A DNA stretch of 64,000 bases. Origin: a virus. The stretch spans positions 20,178-84,177 of the IMG/VR virus record IMGVR_UViG_3300025141_012985. One strand, given 5' to 3'. Position 1 is the first letter of the stretch. Each line of letters starts with the position of its first letter. This document shows positions 40,206 through 49,811 of the stretch, piece by piece. The position numbers and the translations under genes were made by a program. A model generated the notes under the pieces. The model did not search any database and was not told where the DNA came from. It saw only the letters and a list, made by a program, of their open reading frames with translations.

Positions 40206-40749
40206 GTTTATCATTTTTACTGGCCCTATGTTCGGATCTAAGACGACTAGGTTGCTCGCTGTCCTAGACCGCTTCAGGTACCAAAATAGAAATATTACAT
40301 GCTTTAAGCCTGCCATGGATGATAGATATTCTTCTGGAGAAATCTGTACACACTCAGGTGGAAAGATTGACGCTGTTTGTGTAAAAACAGGTGAAGATAT
40401 ATTAAAATACTTACAGGATAAAGAAAATATTCATGTTATTGCAGTTGACGAGGCTTTTATGATAGATGGTTCTGCATCAGCACTTCTTTCTCTTTTTAGA
40501 GAGGGAAAGACAATTGTCGTATCTTCTCTTCAACTTTCCGCTAGTGGAAATGTATTTGAAGAAATTAGGGATATGATGCCATGGGCAACAAAAATTGAGG
40601 TTTGCCCAGCTGTGTGTCCAATTTCTGGACAAGATGCATACTATACACATAGAAAGCTTTCAGGTCTTGATGAAATTACTGTCGGAGGATCTGAGCTTTA
40701 TGAGCCAAGGTCATGGTTTCATCACAATTTTATGAATCAGTCAAAATAG
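40192..40749 (+). CDS. tdk: Thymidine kinase
   Basis: GPMFGSKT, FKPAMDDRY, VDEAF, VGGSELYEP. Confidence 0.9.
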   Translation: MRIPEFIIFTGPMFGSKTTRLLAVLDRFRYQNRNITCFKPAMDDRYSSGEICTHSGGKIDAVCVKTGEDILKYLQDKENIHVIAVDEAFMIDGSASALLSLFREGKTIVVSSLQLSASGNVFEEIRDMMPWATKIEVCPAVCPISGQDAYYTHRKLSGLDEITVGGSELYEPRSWFHHNFMNQSK

Positions 40750-40784
40750 ATATTGATGAACTTATTGTTTCGAGTGGGTGAAAA

Positions 40785-41774
40785 ATGATTGAACCAACCA
40801 GCGTGAATTGTGTAATCTATCATGCAAATTGTACAGACGGATTTGGTGCTGCTTATTCTGCCTGGAAGCTGCTAGGCAATCGTGCTGAGTACCATGCATG
40901 TAAGCACGGAACTCCTCCCCCAGATATAAAAGATAAAAATGTCGTAATTTTAGATTTTTCCTTCGATAACACAACTACTAAAAAAATGATTGAAGAGGCT
41001 AATGCGCTTCTAGTCATAGATCATCATAAGTCAGCCATGGTAGAGCTTCATGATATATCAAATACAGTTTTTGATATGACGAAATCTGGTGCAATGCTTT
41101 CATGGGAATTTTTTCATCTAGGAAAAGAGCCGCCAAAATTCATCAAGTATATTCAAGATCGCGATCTTTGGAAATGGGAGCTTGACTATTCTAAAGAGTT
41201 TAGCGCAGCATTTGATATGGTGCCATTTGAATTTGAGGAATTTGAAAAGTTTGAAGATGACTCTGTATTTGATGATGCTGTAAAGCGCGGATCCTATATA
41301 CTTGCATACAGCAAGACAGTTATTAAAAAGGTGTGTGAAAAGGCAGTTGAGAGAAGATATAAAGGAATGAAAGTCATGGTGGTTAATTCTTCTCACTGGA
41401 TGTCTGAGATTGGTGCTAGGTTGGCACCAGACTGTGACTTTGCAGTTATATGGTACTATGATCATGAAGACAGAATTAACAAGATAAGTTTGCGTGCTTT
41501 TCATGACGCAGTTGATGTTTCTGAAATTGCAAAGGGCTTCGGCGGTGGCGGGCATAAGAAGGCAGGTGGCTTTCAAATAAGCGGCGAGCTCTGTGTTGAT
41601 GATATTTTTGATCCCGAGGTAGAGGATGAACATGAAGACCCAGTTGATACTTCTGCTGCAAGGGAAGAGCTTAAAAAGATTCAAAGTGCGCTTGATGAGG
41701 AGTGTGATAAAGAGGCAGTTGCAAAGGTTGAAGAGATCTTAGACAAGATTGAATCTTCCAAGGATGAGGAATAA
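40785..41774 (+). CDS. DHH/DHHA1 phosphoesterase (NrnB-like)
   Basis: YHANCTDG, DHHKS, DRDLW, GGGGHKKAGG. Confidence 0.88.
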   Translation: MIEPTSVNCVIYHANCTDGFGAAYSAWKLLGNRAEYHACKHGTPPPDIKDKNVVILDFSFDNTTTKKMIEEANALLVIDHHKSAMVELHDISNTVFDMTKSGAMLSWEFFHLGKEPPKFIKYIQDRDLWKWELDYSKEFSAAFDMVPFEFEEFEKFEDDSVFDDAVKRGSYILAYSKTVIKKVCEKAVERRYKGMKVMVVNSSHWMSEIGARLAPDCDFAVIWYYDHEDRINKISLRAFHDAVDVSEIAKGFGGGGHKKAGGFQISGELCVDDIFDPEVEDEHEDPVDTSAAREELKKIQSALDEECDKEAVAKVEEILDKIESSKDEE

Positions 41775-42505
41775 TGTCGTATTTGGGATTTACTAGATCA
41801 ATCTGTAGATACTATCTCTCACAGATAGATTTTCCAAAAGTTTTAGAAATAGGTGTAGACAAGGGCCAGACAGCTATCCCATTAATTCAAAACTTATGCA
41901 CTACAAAAAGACAATTTATGTATGCTGGAATAGATGTTCTCTTATCAAGAGACCTCATCGAGCAGATTGGTCAATTTGAAAATATGTCAGTTAGCTGGCA
42001 TGATGATCTGACAGACAGAGTTGTAATGATGTTTGAAGAAAATAGCCTAGACTGGCTGGGAAATAATCAAGACAGCTCACTAAAGTTTGATTTAATCCTT
42101 ATTGACGGAGATCACAATTATTATACTGTGTTCAATGAATTAAATCTCATTCAGGCAATAATAAAGCCGACTACACTTATAGTTTGTGATGATTTCCAGG
42201 GAAGATACAGTGAAAAAGATATGTTTTACTCAGAGAGAGAAGAATATAAAGATGTGCCTGATATGACACCTCGTAAAATTACTAAAAAAAGCGGAATTAG
42301 AAGTGCTGTTATTGACTTTAGAGATCAGTCTCCCCTAAGCTGGAGAGTGGACACATTCGGACCATCTGATCCGTGTTTTCTCTATCAAGAAGATTTTTTA
42401 GAAGCGTGGGCTGATCCGCCAGAGAATACACTGTTACGAGATATGAAAATATCTTTCTCCTTTAAGGGTGAGAAACAGTCTGAATCTTCTAGGGATGAAG
42501 AATAA
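41774..42505 (+). CDS. Class I SAM-dependent methyltransferase (Methyltransf_24-like), copy 1
   Basis: LEIGVDKG, IDGDHNY, VCDD. Confidence 0.75.
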   Translation: MSYLGFTRSICRYYLSQIDFPKVLEIGVDKGQTAIPLIQNLCTTKRQFMYAGIDVLLSRDLIEQIGQFENMSVSWHDDLTDRVVMMFEENSLDWLGNNQDSSLKFDLILIDGDHNYYTVFNELNLIQAIIKPTTLIVCDDFQGRYSEKDMFYSEREEYKDVPDMTPRKITKKSGIRSAVIDFRDQSPLSWRVDTFGPSDPCFLYQEDFLEAWADPPENTLLRDMKISFSFKGEKQSESSRDEE

Positions 42506-43224
42506 TGTCATATTTAGGATTTACCAGATGTATCAGCAGATATTATTTGTCACAGATAGACTTTCCAAAGATATTGGAGATTGGTATTGACAAGGGACAG
42601 ACTGCAATTCCGCTAATTCAAAATCTCTGTATTTCAAAGTCTACATTTATGTATGCAGGCATAGACATTCTTTTAAGAAACGAGCTCCTAGAGCAAATAT
42701 CTCAATTTGAAGGAATTACAGCTAGCTGGCTTGATGAGCTTGATGATAGGGCTGTCATGATGTTTGAAGAAAATAGCCTAGACTGGCTGGAAAATAATCA
42801 AGATGCTGATATAGAATTTGATCTTGTTCTTGTCGATGGAGATCATAATTATCATACAGTGTTCAATGAGCTTAAGCTCATTGAGTCTTTGATAAAACCT
42901 GCTACACTTATAGTTTGTGATGACTATCAAGGGAGATACAGTGAAAAAGATATGTTCTATTCAGAGAGAGAAGAGTATAAGGACGTAGAGGGAGCTACTC
43001 ACAGAGTTGATTCAAAAAAGCAGGGTGTTAGAAACGCAGTTATTGACTATACCAATCAATCGAAATTTGAGTGGAGGGTCGATAGATTTGGACCTTCTGA
43101 GCCTTGCTTTTTGTATCAGCCAGAATTTCTAAAAGTTAATGCAAAGCCTGCAAAGTGTGCTAGACTTAGGGATATGGAAGCTGATTTTATTTTCAACCCT
43201 GAAGAGAAATTTTTAGTCCGATGA
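42505..43224 (+). CDS. Class I SAM-dependent methyltransferase (Methyltransf_24-like), copy 2
   Basis: Tandem paralogue of copy 1 with the same motifs. Confidence 0.75.
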   Translation: MSYLGFTRCISRYYLSQIDFPKILEIGIDKGQTAIPLIQNLCISKSTFMYAGIDILLRNELLEQISQFEGITASWLDELDDRAVMMFEENSLDWLENNQDADIEFDLVLVDGDHNYHTVFNELKLIESLIKPATLIVCDDYQGRYSEKDMFYSEREEYKDVEGATHRVDSKKQGVRNAVIDYTNQSKFEWRVDRFGPSEPCFLYQPEFLKVNAKPAKCARLRDMEADFIFNPEEKFLVR

Positions 43225-43640
43225 GACCCACGTGGCATCAGATATGGATGGACTTTTCTTATTTAATAGCTGGAAGGTCCGTTGACCCTCGACATCAAGT
43301 AGGGGCAGTTGTTGTAACAGACGATAATACTCAAGTATTAGCAGTTGGATATAACGGAAACTACAAGGGAGGACCTAATGAGGTTGAATCTCTATCTCCC
43401 GGAGAGTCTGGAATGATTCATGCTGAGATAAATGCTCTCTTAAAGATGGACTATAACAATCCCAAGAGAAAGATAATGTATGTTACATTAAGTCCGTGCA
43501 GAATGTGTGCAAAGGCAATTGTTAATTCAGGCATCTCTGCTGTCGTGTATCTAGAAGAGTACAGAGATACGTCTTCTTTAAAAATCTTAAGGGATGAGGG
43601 AATAGAAGTCATTAAGTTTATCTCCAAGGATGATAATTAG
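43221..43640 (+). CDS. dCMP deaminase
   Basis: GYNG, HAEINA, SPCRMC. Confidence 0.9.
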   Translation: MRPTWHQIWMDFSYLIAGRSVDPRHQVGAVVVTDDNTQVLAVGYNGNYKGGPNEVESLSPGESGMIHAEINALLKMDYNNPKRKIMYVTLSPCRMCAKAIVNSGISAVVYLEEYRDTSSLKILRDEGIEVIKFISKDDN

Positions 43641-43662
43641 TTTATAGCTTGGAGTGTTTTAA

Positions 43663-43953
43663 ATGACAAGGATGTTGTCAAGTAGTGACATTTTAAATCT
43701 AATTTCTAAAGAAAGGCATAAGATTGATCTATCTGAGGGCGGGAGTATTCCAGTCTTTGCAGGATCAGGTGATAGAAAGGTGCCCCTAGTAGGGAAAGGA
43801 TTCAAAATACGTCACAAAGATTCTGGTTACACATATACTTGTGTAAAATTAGTAGATGACGGAAACAAGTCTACTGTCATTGTTCAAGACGATGGAGTCG
43901 GAGACTATCATGCAATACCGAGCGAAGATTTATCTAAGTACGAGAGGATGTAA
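43663..43953 (+). CDS. Hypothetical late protein
   Basis: ATAATTA at 43633-43639; RBS GGAG; LSE site. Confidence 0.5.
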   Translation: MTRMLSSSDILNLISKERHKIDLSEGGSIPVFAGSGDRKVPLVGKGFKIRHKDSGYTYTCVKLVDDGNKSTVIVQDDGVGDYHAIPSEDLSKYERM

Positions 43954-44687
43954 TGTCAATCATCACAGATGAAAAAATAATTCAAAGTATACGAGAAACG
44001 CTCGGATTTGACGAGGAAGAGCGGAAAGAGCTAAAGAAAGAACCCAGAGAGAATCCAATCCTCTCTGAATCATATGTGGCTCAAGAAAAGAGATTCAGTT
44101 TACCTACTGAGCTTTTAAGCGGAGCAAACAAGCAAAGTCACAAAGAGCTCTATCTTCAGTATATCGAAGATTTTAATAGGATAAGCGCAGAGCTAGATAC
44201 AGTAAATCGTGACGAAGTCACTTCAAATCATTCAGAATATAGATCACTTAAGATAGATGAGACTTATAACATGAATGCTGTATACCTTCATGAGTTATAC
44301 TTTTCAAACATCAGCGATCTACAAAGTCAGATCGGGATGGATTCACTTGCGTATATGCGCCTTTCAAGAGATTTTGGCGGATTTGATGAGTGGCAAAAAG
44401 ACTTCATAGCATGCTGTTCATCTGCTAGGTGCGGATGGGCAATAACTTATTTTAATACTTACTTGCAAAGATATGTCAATACAATTGTTGATCTTCATAG
44501 CTTAAATGTTCCAGTTGGCGGATATCCAATTATCGTTATGGATGTTTGGCAACATGCTTACTATAGAGACTATCTTAATGATGTTAAGACATATACATAT
44601 GGAATGATGAAACAGCTAAATTGGAATGTTATAGAAAAGAGATTTCAAAGATCAGAAAAAATTGCAAATGCGCTGAGGGGATTATGA
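43953..44687 (+). CDS. Fe/Mn superoxide dismutase-like protein with an N-terminal extension
   Basis: HKELY, LHELYF, GWA, MDVWQHAYY. Confidence 0.8.
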   Translation: MSIITDEKIIQSIRETLGFDEEERKELKKEPRENPILSESYVAQEKRFSLPTELLSGANKQSHKELYLQYIEDFNRISAELDTVNRDEVTSNHSEYRSLKIDETYNMNAVYLHELYFSNISDLQSQIGMDSLAYMRLSRDFGGFDEWQKDFIACCSSARCGWAITYFNTYLQRYVNTIVDLHSLNVPVGGYPIIVMDVWQHAYYRDYLNDVKTYTYGMMKQLNWNVIEKRFQRSEKIANALRGL

Positions 44688-45292
44688 AAATTACAATCAA
44701 GGATCTTAGACGAATTATTTTAGAGCAGGTAGAAGAAGATGGTCCTGTTGATATGAATAGTGCAACTACAAAAGTTAGGCTTGCTATTGACTCTGTTGAT
44801 GATCAGATTGATTCTCATATGATTGATTTTGAAGCAGGGTCTCTAGTTGCACCTGAAGATTTAGTGATGGAATCTTTAAGTCAGTTAAATCTTTCAGCAC
44901 TTTTACTTGAACAGGATGATGAAGGCGGAGAAGATGATCCTGGTGTAGATCCCCCAGAAGGAAGTGAAGATGTATCTGTAGAAGAGCCCATTGAGCCTGC
45001 AAAGAAACCAGCTATGAATATTGACTCTTTTACTAAAAAAGTTGCACAGCTAGCTCTAGGATATCAGGCTAGACTTGATATCCCGACTGTTATTATCAAT
45101 AGAGCGATTAACTTCTTAAATGAAAACTATGATAAGCAATATACAGATTCCTTTAAAGACATACTGGACACCCACTTTGACTTCAACATTGCACCCGTCA
45201 GAGATACGGGAGGACCAGATATAGGTGGCCGGCAAGCTGGGATCGGAGCGATTGGCGAACCAGAAGGGTTACCAGAAACTCCTTCAACATAA
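44684..45292 (+). CDS. Acidic hypothetical protein with LRRIILE helix
   Basis: MKITIKDLRRIILEQ; ATG at 44684 overlaps the SOD stop (track 44621). Confidence 0.55.
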   Translation: MKITIKDLRRIILEQVEEDGPVDMNSATTKVRLAIDSVDDQIDSHMIDFEAGSLVAPEDLVMESLSQLNLSALLLEQDDEGGEDDPGVDPPEGSEDVSVEEPIEPAKKPAMNIDSFTKKVAQLALGYQARLDIPTVIINRAINFLNENYDKQYTDSFKDILDTHFDFNIAPVRDTGGPDIGGRQAGIGAIGEPEGLPETPST

Positions 45293-45302
45293 GTGAGATA
45301 TC

Positions 45303-45590
45303 ATGAATGATAAGCTTGTCAATTTTGAGACAAAGAAGTCTGTTCATTTTTCACTGACTAGAGAGACACACTCTCATTTTAGAATCTCATGTTTTAAAAA
45401 AGGCCTTTCTATGCAAGAAGTTTTAGAAGAAATTGTTCAAAGAATAGCAGCAGAAAATCCAGAAATGGAAGAGATTTTAGAAGATATTCAGAGAAAAAAG
45501 AGAGACTCTTCAATAAGTCGTCTTTCAAATACTGATGCCGAATCTATTTTTAATGTCATAGAGAGTGATAACCCGCTATCATCTGAGTGA
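45303..45590 (+). CDS. Putative ribbon-helix-helix DNA-binding protein
   Basis: KKSVHFSLTRETH...GLSMQEVLEE pattern. Confidence 0.5.
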   Translation: MNDKLVNFETKKSVHFSLTRETHSHFRISCFKKGLSMQEVLEEIVQRIAAENPEMEEILEDIQRKKRDSSISRLSNTDAESIFNVIESDNPLSSE

Positions 45591-45924
45591 AAAAATGAAA
45601 ATTATTAATTTTATAAAAAATATCTGGAAGCTTCTTACTATTGATACAGAAAAGTTTTCAAAGATTGTTGAAAATATGGATACAATTCACATTCTCGCAA
45701 GTTCAATTTCTCAGGTTTCAAAGATACAAGATATTCATAATGAAGTAATTCATCAAATTGCAATTAATCAGCATGGTTTATCAACAACTCAGAGTGAAAT
45801 CGCTATCGAGGTTTCTAAAATTCAGCCCAAAATAAGAGAAAAGGGACGTGATCTAAAGTCTGCAACAAAGACATCTTTCAAAGATATATTTCACAAAGAT
45901 GACGATGATGATATATTTCATTAA
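45565..45924 (+). CDS. Hypothetical protein
   Basis: ORF in operon; the start may be the internal ATG at 45595. Confidence 0.45.
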   Translation: MITRYHLSEKMKIINFIKNIWKLLTIDTEKFSKIVENMDTIHILASSISQVSKIQDIHNEVIHQIAINQHGLSTTQSEIAIEVSKIQPKIREKGRDLKSATKTSFKDIFHKDDDDDIFH

Positions 45925-45935
45925 GGAGAAATATT

Positions 45936-46181
45936 ATGGGTGATGATGAAATTGTTATAAAAGAAGTCAGGGCAATGATGGAAGGACAAAAGCTCGGAGT
46001 TTTAGATAGAATAATGGGTCGCCTTATTTCTCGAAAGTTTTTTGTATTTTTGACCGCAACTGGCTTACTAGCATATAATTTTCTAGATGCTGATACATGG
46101 GGAATGATTGCAATGATCTATATCGGCGGTCAAACAGTTATTGATGCAGCAATTTCCTGGAAGCATGGAAAGAATGGTTGA
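45936..46181 (+). CDS. Putative holin
   Basis: 81 aa; SRKF motif followed by two hydrophobic segments. Confidence 0.55.
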   Translation: MGDDEIVIKEVRAMMEGQKLGVLDRIMGRLISRKFFVFLTATGLLAYNFLDADTWGMIAMIYIGGQTVIDAAISWKHGKNG

Positions 46182-46594
46182 AAATGCTGACATGGCTAAA
46201 AGCAAAATATTATCTTAAAAAGTCCTGGATCTGGATCAAGGCACACTGGGAGCTTGTCCTGGGTGTATTTCTTGTCATTTTTGTGTATGCAACACAAAGG
46301 GCAAAGACTTCTTCAATGTCAAAGGTCTTAGAAAACTCTAGAAAGCTTCACGAAGAAGAGACAAAGTCTCTTCAGGAGATTCACGAAAAAGAAAAGGAAG
46401 ATCTCAAAAAAGCAGAAGATAGAATGATTGAGACAATGAAGAGGGTTGAGGAAGAATACGAAAAGTCTAACAAAGAGCTTGATGACAAAAAGAAAAAGGA
46501 AATCGAATCACTAGTTAAGAAAAATAAAAAAGATCCAGATGAAATAACTAGAAAGCTTTCAGAACTAACTGGGTTTGAAATTCACGTGGAGTAA
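46178..46594 (+). CDS. Putative inner-membrane spanin (Rz-like)
   Basis: Single N-terminal TM helix plus a long coiled coil; follows the holin. Confidence 0.5.
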   Translation: MKMLTWLKAKYYLKKSWIWIKAHWELVLGVFLVIFVYATQRAKTSSMSKVLENSRKLHEEETKSLQEIHEKEKEDLKKAEDRMIETMKRVEEEYEKSNKELDDKKKKEIESLVKKNKKDPDEITRKLSELTGFEIHVE

Positions 46595-46596
46595 AA

Positions 46597-47058
46597 ATGT
46601 TCTTAAGATCCTTGCTAATTTTTCTTTTATTTGGGACTTTCCCTTCGCTTTCACTTGCAGACGATGAAGTAGGTTCTACTATTATGTCAATTGAAGAAGG
46701 AGATGTTGCACCTTTTGACGGCACACTCTTTAGCACAAGAGCTGCAGCAGATATATTAGTTCAGCTTGAAAATCAGGATGCAGCATGTCAGATTAAAATA
46801 GATAGAGAGGTAGGCTTAAGAGAGGGAGAGCTTAATCTCGAAATAGAGCGATCACAAATTGCGCAAGAAGCTTGTGAAGAAAGATATGATATGCATATCA
46901 ATCTTAAGCGAGAAGAGATCAACTTTCTTTACGATAGACTGAGAAGATCATCAGGAAATAGGGATGCACTTTGGTTTGGATTGGGAACTGCTACTGGTAT
47001 CGGAATGACTGCACTTTCAGTATGGATATTAAACTCTGTTTCTTCATCAGGAAATTAA
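46597..47058 (+). CDS. Secreted coiled-coil protein with C-terminal TM (putative spanin component)
   Basis: Signal peptide ending SLA-, APFDGTL, hydrophobic C-terminus. Confidence 0.45.
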   Translation: MFLRSLLIFLLFGTFPSLSLADDEVGSTIMSIEEGDVAPFDGTLFSTRAAADILVQLENQDAACQIKIDREVGLREGELNLEIERSQIAQEACEERYDMHINLKREEINFLYDRLRRSSGNRDALWFGLGTATGIGMTALSVWILNSVSSSGN

Positions 47059-47088
47059 GATAAAGCAGCATATTTATTCTTTGAGGAA

Positions 47089-48807
47089 GTGAGCATGAAC
47101 GTTATTATTGACAGAAAAATTCTTGAAGAGTTTATAAGCTCGAGAATTAAAGAAGAAAGAAGCTTTCACACAGCAGACATTGCTGAAATTCCAGCAAAAG
47201 AAATGGAGGATGAGCCAATTGTTCCAAGAGAGCAGATGGCAGTCCAGCTGTCTGTTGAAGAGCCTCCTGTTGCAGATCCTGAATTTACGCCTGCTTCTAT
47301 TGCTGAGCTTGGAAATTCTGCATCAGTTATATCTAGAGAAGTCCCTTCTCATCAGATTGAATATTTTTACAGAATGCTTCATAAGATCCTTGATAAGGCA
47401 CTAGATAGAGAAGATGCAAGACTTAGAGGGGACCTAAGCGGAAGCACGGGAATTAGACTAATAGGCGACGAACCTGATTTAGAAAAATTTAATAATAAAG
47501 ATATAGAAGATCAAGTAAAGGAATCTATAAACAGGATCATTAATGAGCAGGATGGTACTTTCTCTTCTGATGAGACAGCTACTGTTCCTGATGCAATCCA
47601 AGATGTTCTGGACTATTTAAGCTCCATAAACTTTGGATACACAACAGTTGGAAAAGTTCTAGGAGGGACGGGACAAAGACCGCAATCTCCAGACATGATG
47701 CAAATTCAGCTTAGTCAAAAGATAGGCCCATCTGGAATTGATCCCAACGTCGCTCAAATCTTTAGCAAATACAACCTGACACCAGATCAAATTGACATGG
47801 TTAGACATGGAGTGACTCAAACTATTATGAAGTCTGTCACACCGTTGAAATCAGAGCCACCTCCCACTGACTGGAGTCCAGAGCGGCTTGCAGCAAATCA
47901 GGTAGCTGATCAGGTTGCACTCAAGATGCTCAAGGGTAAAAAAGATCCACAGACAGGTGAGTGGGTAGCACCACCAGCCACACAAGAAGACGTTGCTGCT
48001 GAGCTAGTTAGAAGATCTGAGGCTGAGACAGACCAGAATATGATTAATGCATATCAAGAAATGGCACAGATGATCCTATCTAAATCAGGTGCAGCTGAAG
48101 AGCTTAGAGCCAGAAAAGAATCGGAAAGAGAGATACAAGCTCTTCAGGCTCAAGAGACTGCGGAGGAAGAAGAGACTGTTGCCGCACCAAAAGATCTATC
48201 AGATCTCTGGACACAGATAGCCAAGGAAGAAGGATTTGCATCAGCTGCAGGTGCTAGACAGTTTGCATTTAAGCCAATGATTAAGTACTATCTTGAAAGC
48301 ATGGCAATTCCTCCTGAAGTCATGGAAGCGATTAAGGGAAGAGCGCTTCAGACGTTTAAAAGGGGCATGAGAAGCTTTAATCTTGGGATAGATCCAAATC
48401 AAGTCAACCAGATTATTAGATCATCAAGAATAGCTCCTGAGATGTCGGGTGATCAATTTAGGACATACTTTAAGCTAATATTCTTTCAGCCCTTTGTCAA
48501 TGACTTCTTAAAGGCGTGGAAGCTACAGGTAGGAGTCATACTTTCAGAAATGGGAATCCAAGATCCCAAACAAGTATTTGCAAAGATGCTAGTTGGTGAG
48601 ACTAGCCCAAATTCAAAATCTGCTAAAGCAAAGATTGCAGCAGCAATGACACCAATTCAGTTTTCTCAGGCACTAGCGAAATCCCGAGAATGGTCGGCTG
48701 ATACAGCTAATTCTACCGCACTTGCTCAACAGTATGCTCAGAGAATTGAGGAGCCTGCAAAGGTTAAGCCGGCAATTCAAAAAGCTTTAAGCAATCCAGA
48801 TGTTTAG
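47089..48807 (+). CDS. Large hypothetical late protein (putative internal head protein)
   Basis: ATATTTA at 47070; ILEEFISSRIKEE and INRIINEQ helices. Confidence 0.5.
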   Translation: MSMNVIIDRKILEEFISSRIKEERSFHTADIAEIPAKEMEDEPIVPREQMAVQLSVEEPPVADPEFTPASIAELGNSASVISREVPSHQIEYFYRMLHKILDKALDREDARLRGDLSGSTGIRLIGDEPDLEKFNNKDIEDQVKESINRIINEQDGTFSSDETATVPDAIQDVLDYLSSINFGYTTVGKVLGGTGQRPQSPDMMQIQLSQKIGPSGIDPNVAQIFSKYNLTPDQIDMVRHGVTQTIMKSVTPLKSEPPPTDWSPERLAANQVADQVALKMLKGKKDPQTGEWVAPPATQEDVAAELVRRSEAETDQNMINAYQEMAQMILSKSGAAEELRARKESEREIQALQAQETAEEEETVAAPKDLSDLWTQIAKEEGFASAAGARQFAFKPMIKYYLESMAIPPEVMEAIKGRALQTFKRGMRSFNLGIDPNQVNQIIRSSRIAPEMSGDQFRTYFKLIFFQPFVNDFLKAWKLQVGVILSEMGIQDPKQVFAKMLVGETSPNSKSAKAKIAAAMTPIQFSQALAKSREWSADTANSTALAQQYAQRIEEPAKVKPAIQKALSNPDV

Positions 48808-48831
48808 ATATAATATTATAAGGATTTAGAA

Positions 48832-49272
48832 ATGAAACCTCTTTTAGAAGTTGTTGGTAGATCAATATTAAGAGAGGAGAGCAGGAGTCAGATGAAAGGT
48901 ATTGGATCTATTCTCGGTAATTTATCACCGGGTGTTCTTGGAAGTTTACCAGTTCAACCAAATAGGACAGAGTGGGTTGTTGTTGATGATCAAACCGTTG
49001 AAAGGCTTGTGAGAACATTTGAGTTTAATGACGCTAAAAGGGTAAAAGACTTTGTTACACATCTTATCTTTGAGCAAGAAGAAATGCAACATCATGCTAG
49101 AATTATTATAGAAGGTAGAGAAGTTACTATCGAAACATACACTCACAATGTTAATGAGGTGACAGAGCTAGACAAAGAGCTGGCTAAGTTTTGTGATGAC
49201 CTATACAGAGATGTTCAAGATTTTTATGGTGATCGAGAAGCAGAGGTGATAAATGACAATTATGATGAGTGA
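48832..49272 (+). CDS. Pterin-4-alpha-carbinolamine dehydratase-like protein with an N-terminal extension
   Basis: LVRTFEF...HHARI...YTH...TELD..LA..CD. Confidence 0.75.
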   Translation: MKPLLEVVGRSILREESRSQMKGIGSILGNLSPGVLGSLPVQPNRTEWVVVDDQTVERLVRTFEFNDAKRVKDFVTHLIFEQEEMQHHARIIIEGREVTIETYTHNVNEVTELDKELAKFCDDLYRDVQDFYGDREAEVINDNYDE

Positions 49273-49609
49273 TTCTCTAATAGGAAGGGTTGATCCAAGA
49301 TCTTTAGTTTCAAGATCTCCGCCTGCAGATCATCATGGAATTAATGTTGATATTTTAATTGATGATGAGACATTTATATTTACACCCACTTTATTTAAGA
49401 GAGAATCTAAAAAAGTAACTATTTCATTTTTTTCAACTATTGCATTAGTTGAAAAGATTATGGATGAATCATTTTCTATGGACATATCTTTAGTGTCCAA
49501 TGAGTGCACGCTTTATAAGTTCACTAGCATCAATAAAGATAATTCTGAAATAGAGATTAAATTAAATTCAAATGAGTACCTTACTCAATTGTCTATTCTA
49601 TCTGTTTGA
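49253..49609 (+). CDS. Hypothetical protein
   Basis: RBS GAGGTG; coupled ORF. Confidence 0.5.
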   Translation: MTIMMSDSLIGRVDPRSLVSRSPPADHHGINVDILIDDETFIFTPTLFKRESKKVTISFFSTIALVEKIMDESFSMDISLVSNECTLYKFTSINKDNSEIEIKLNSNEYLTQLSILSV

Positions 49610-49637
49610 AATAGTTAATAATGTCAAGAGGTAAAAA

Positions 49638-49811
49638 ATGAGCAAGTTTAAATTTGAAAAATTCATGAAAGATATTGTTAAGAGAGAGTCTCATTCAAAG
49701 CAGATGTCAAAGAATGAAAGAGATCAAGTTGAAGAAACTCCCCAAAGAAAATATAACAAACTTTATAGAGAGCGCTGGCAGAATACTATAAAGCATGGGA
49801 GAAAGAAGTGA
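49638..49811 (+). CDS. Small basic hypothetical protein, 57 aa (not in the ORF track)
   Basis: MSKFKFEKFMKDIVKRE...RERWQNTIKHGRKK; ATAGTTA at 49611, RBS GAGG; stop overlaps the next start (GTGA). Confidence 0.65.
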   Translation: MSKFKFEKFMKDIVKRESHSKQMSKNERDQVEETPQRKYNKLYRERWQNTIKHGRKK

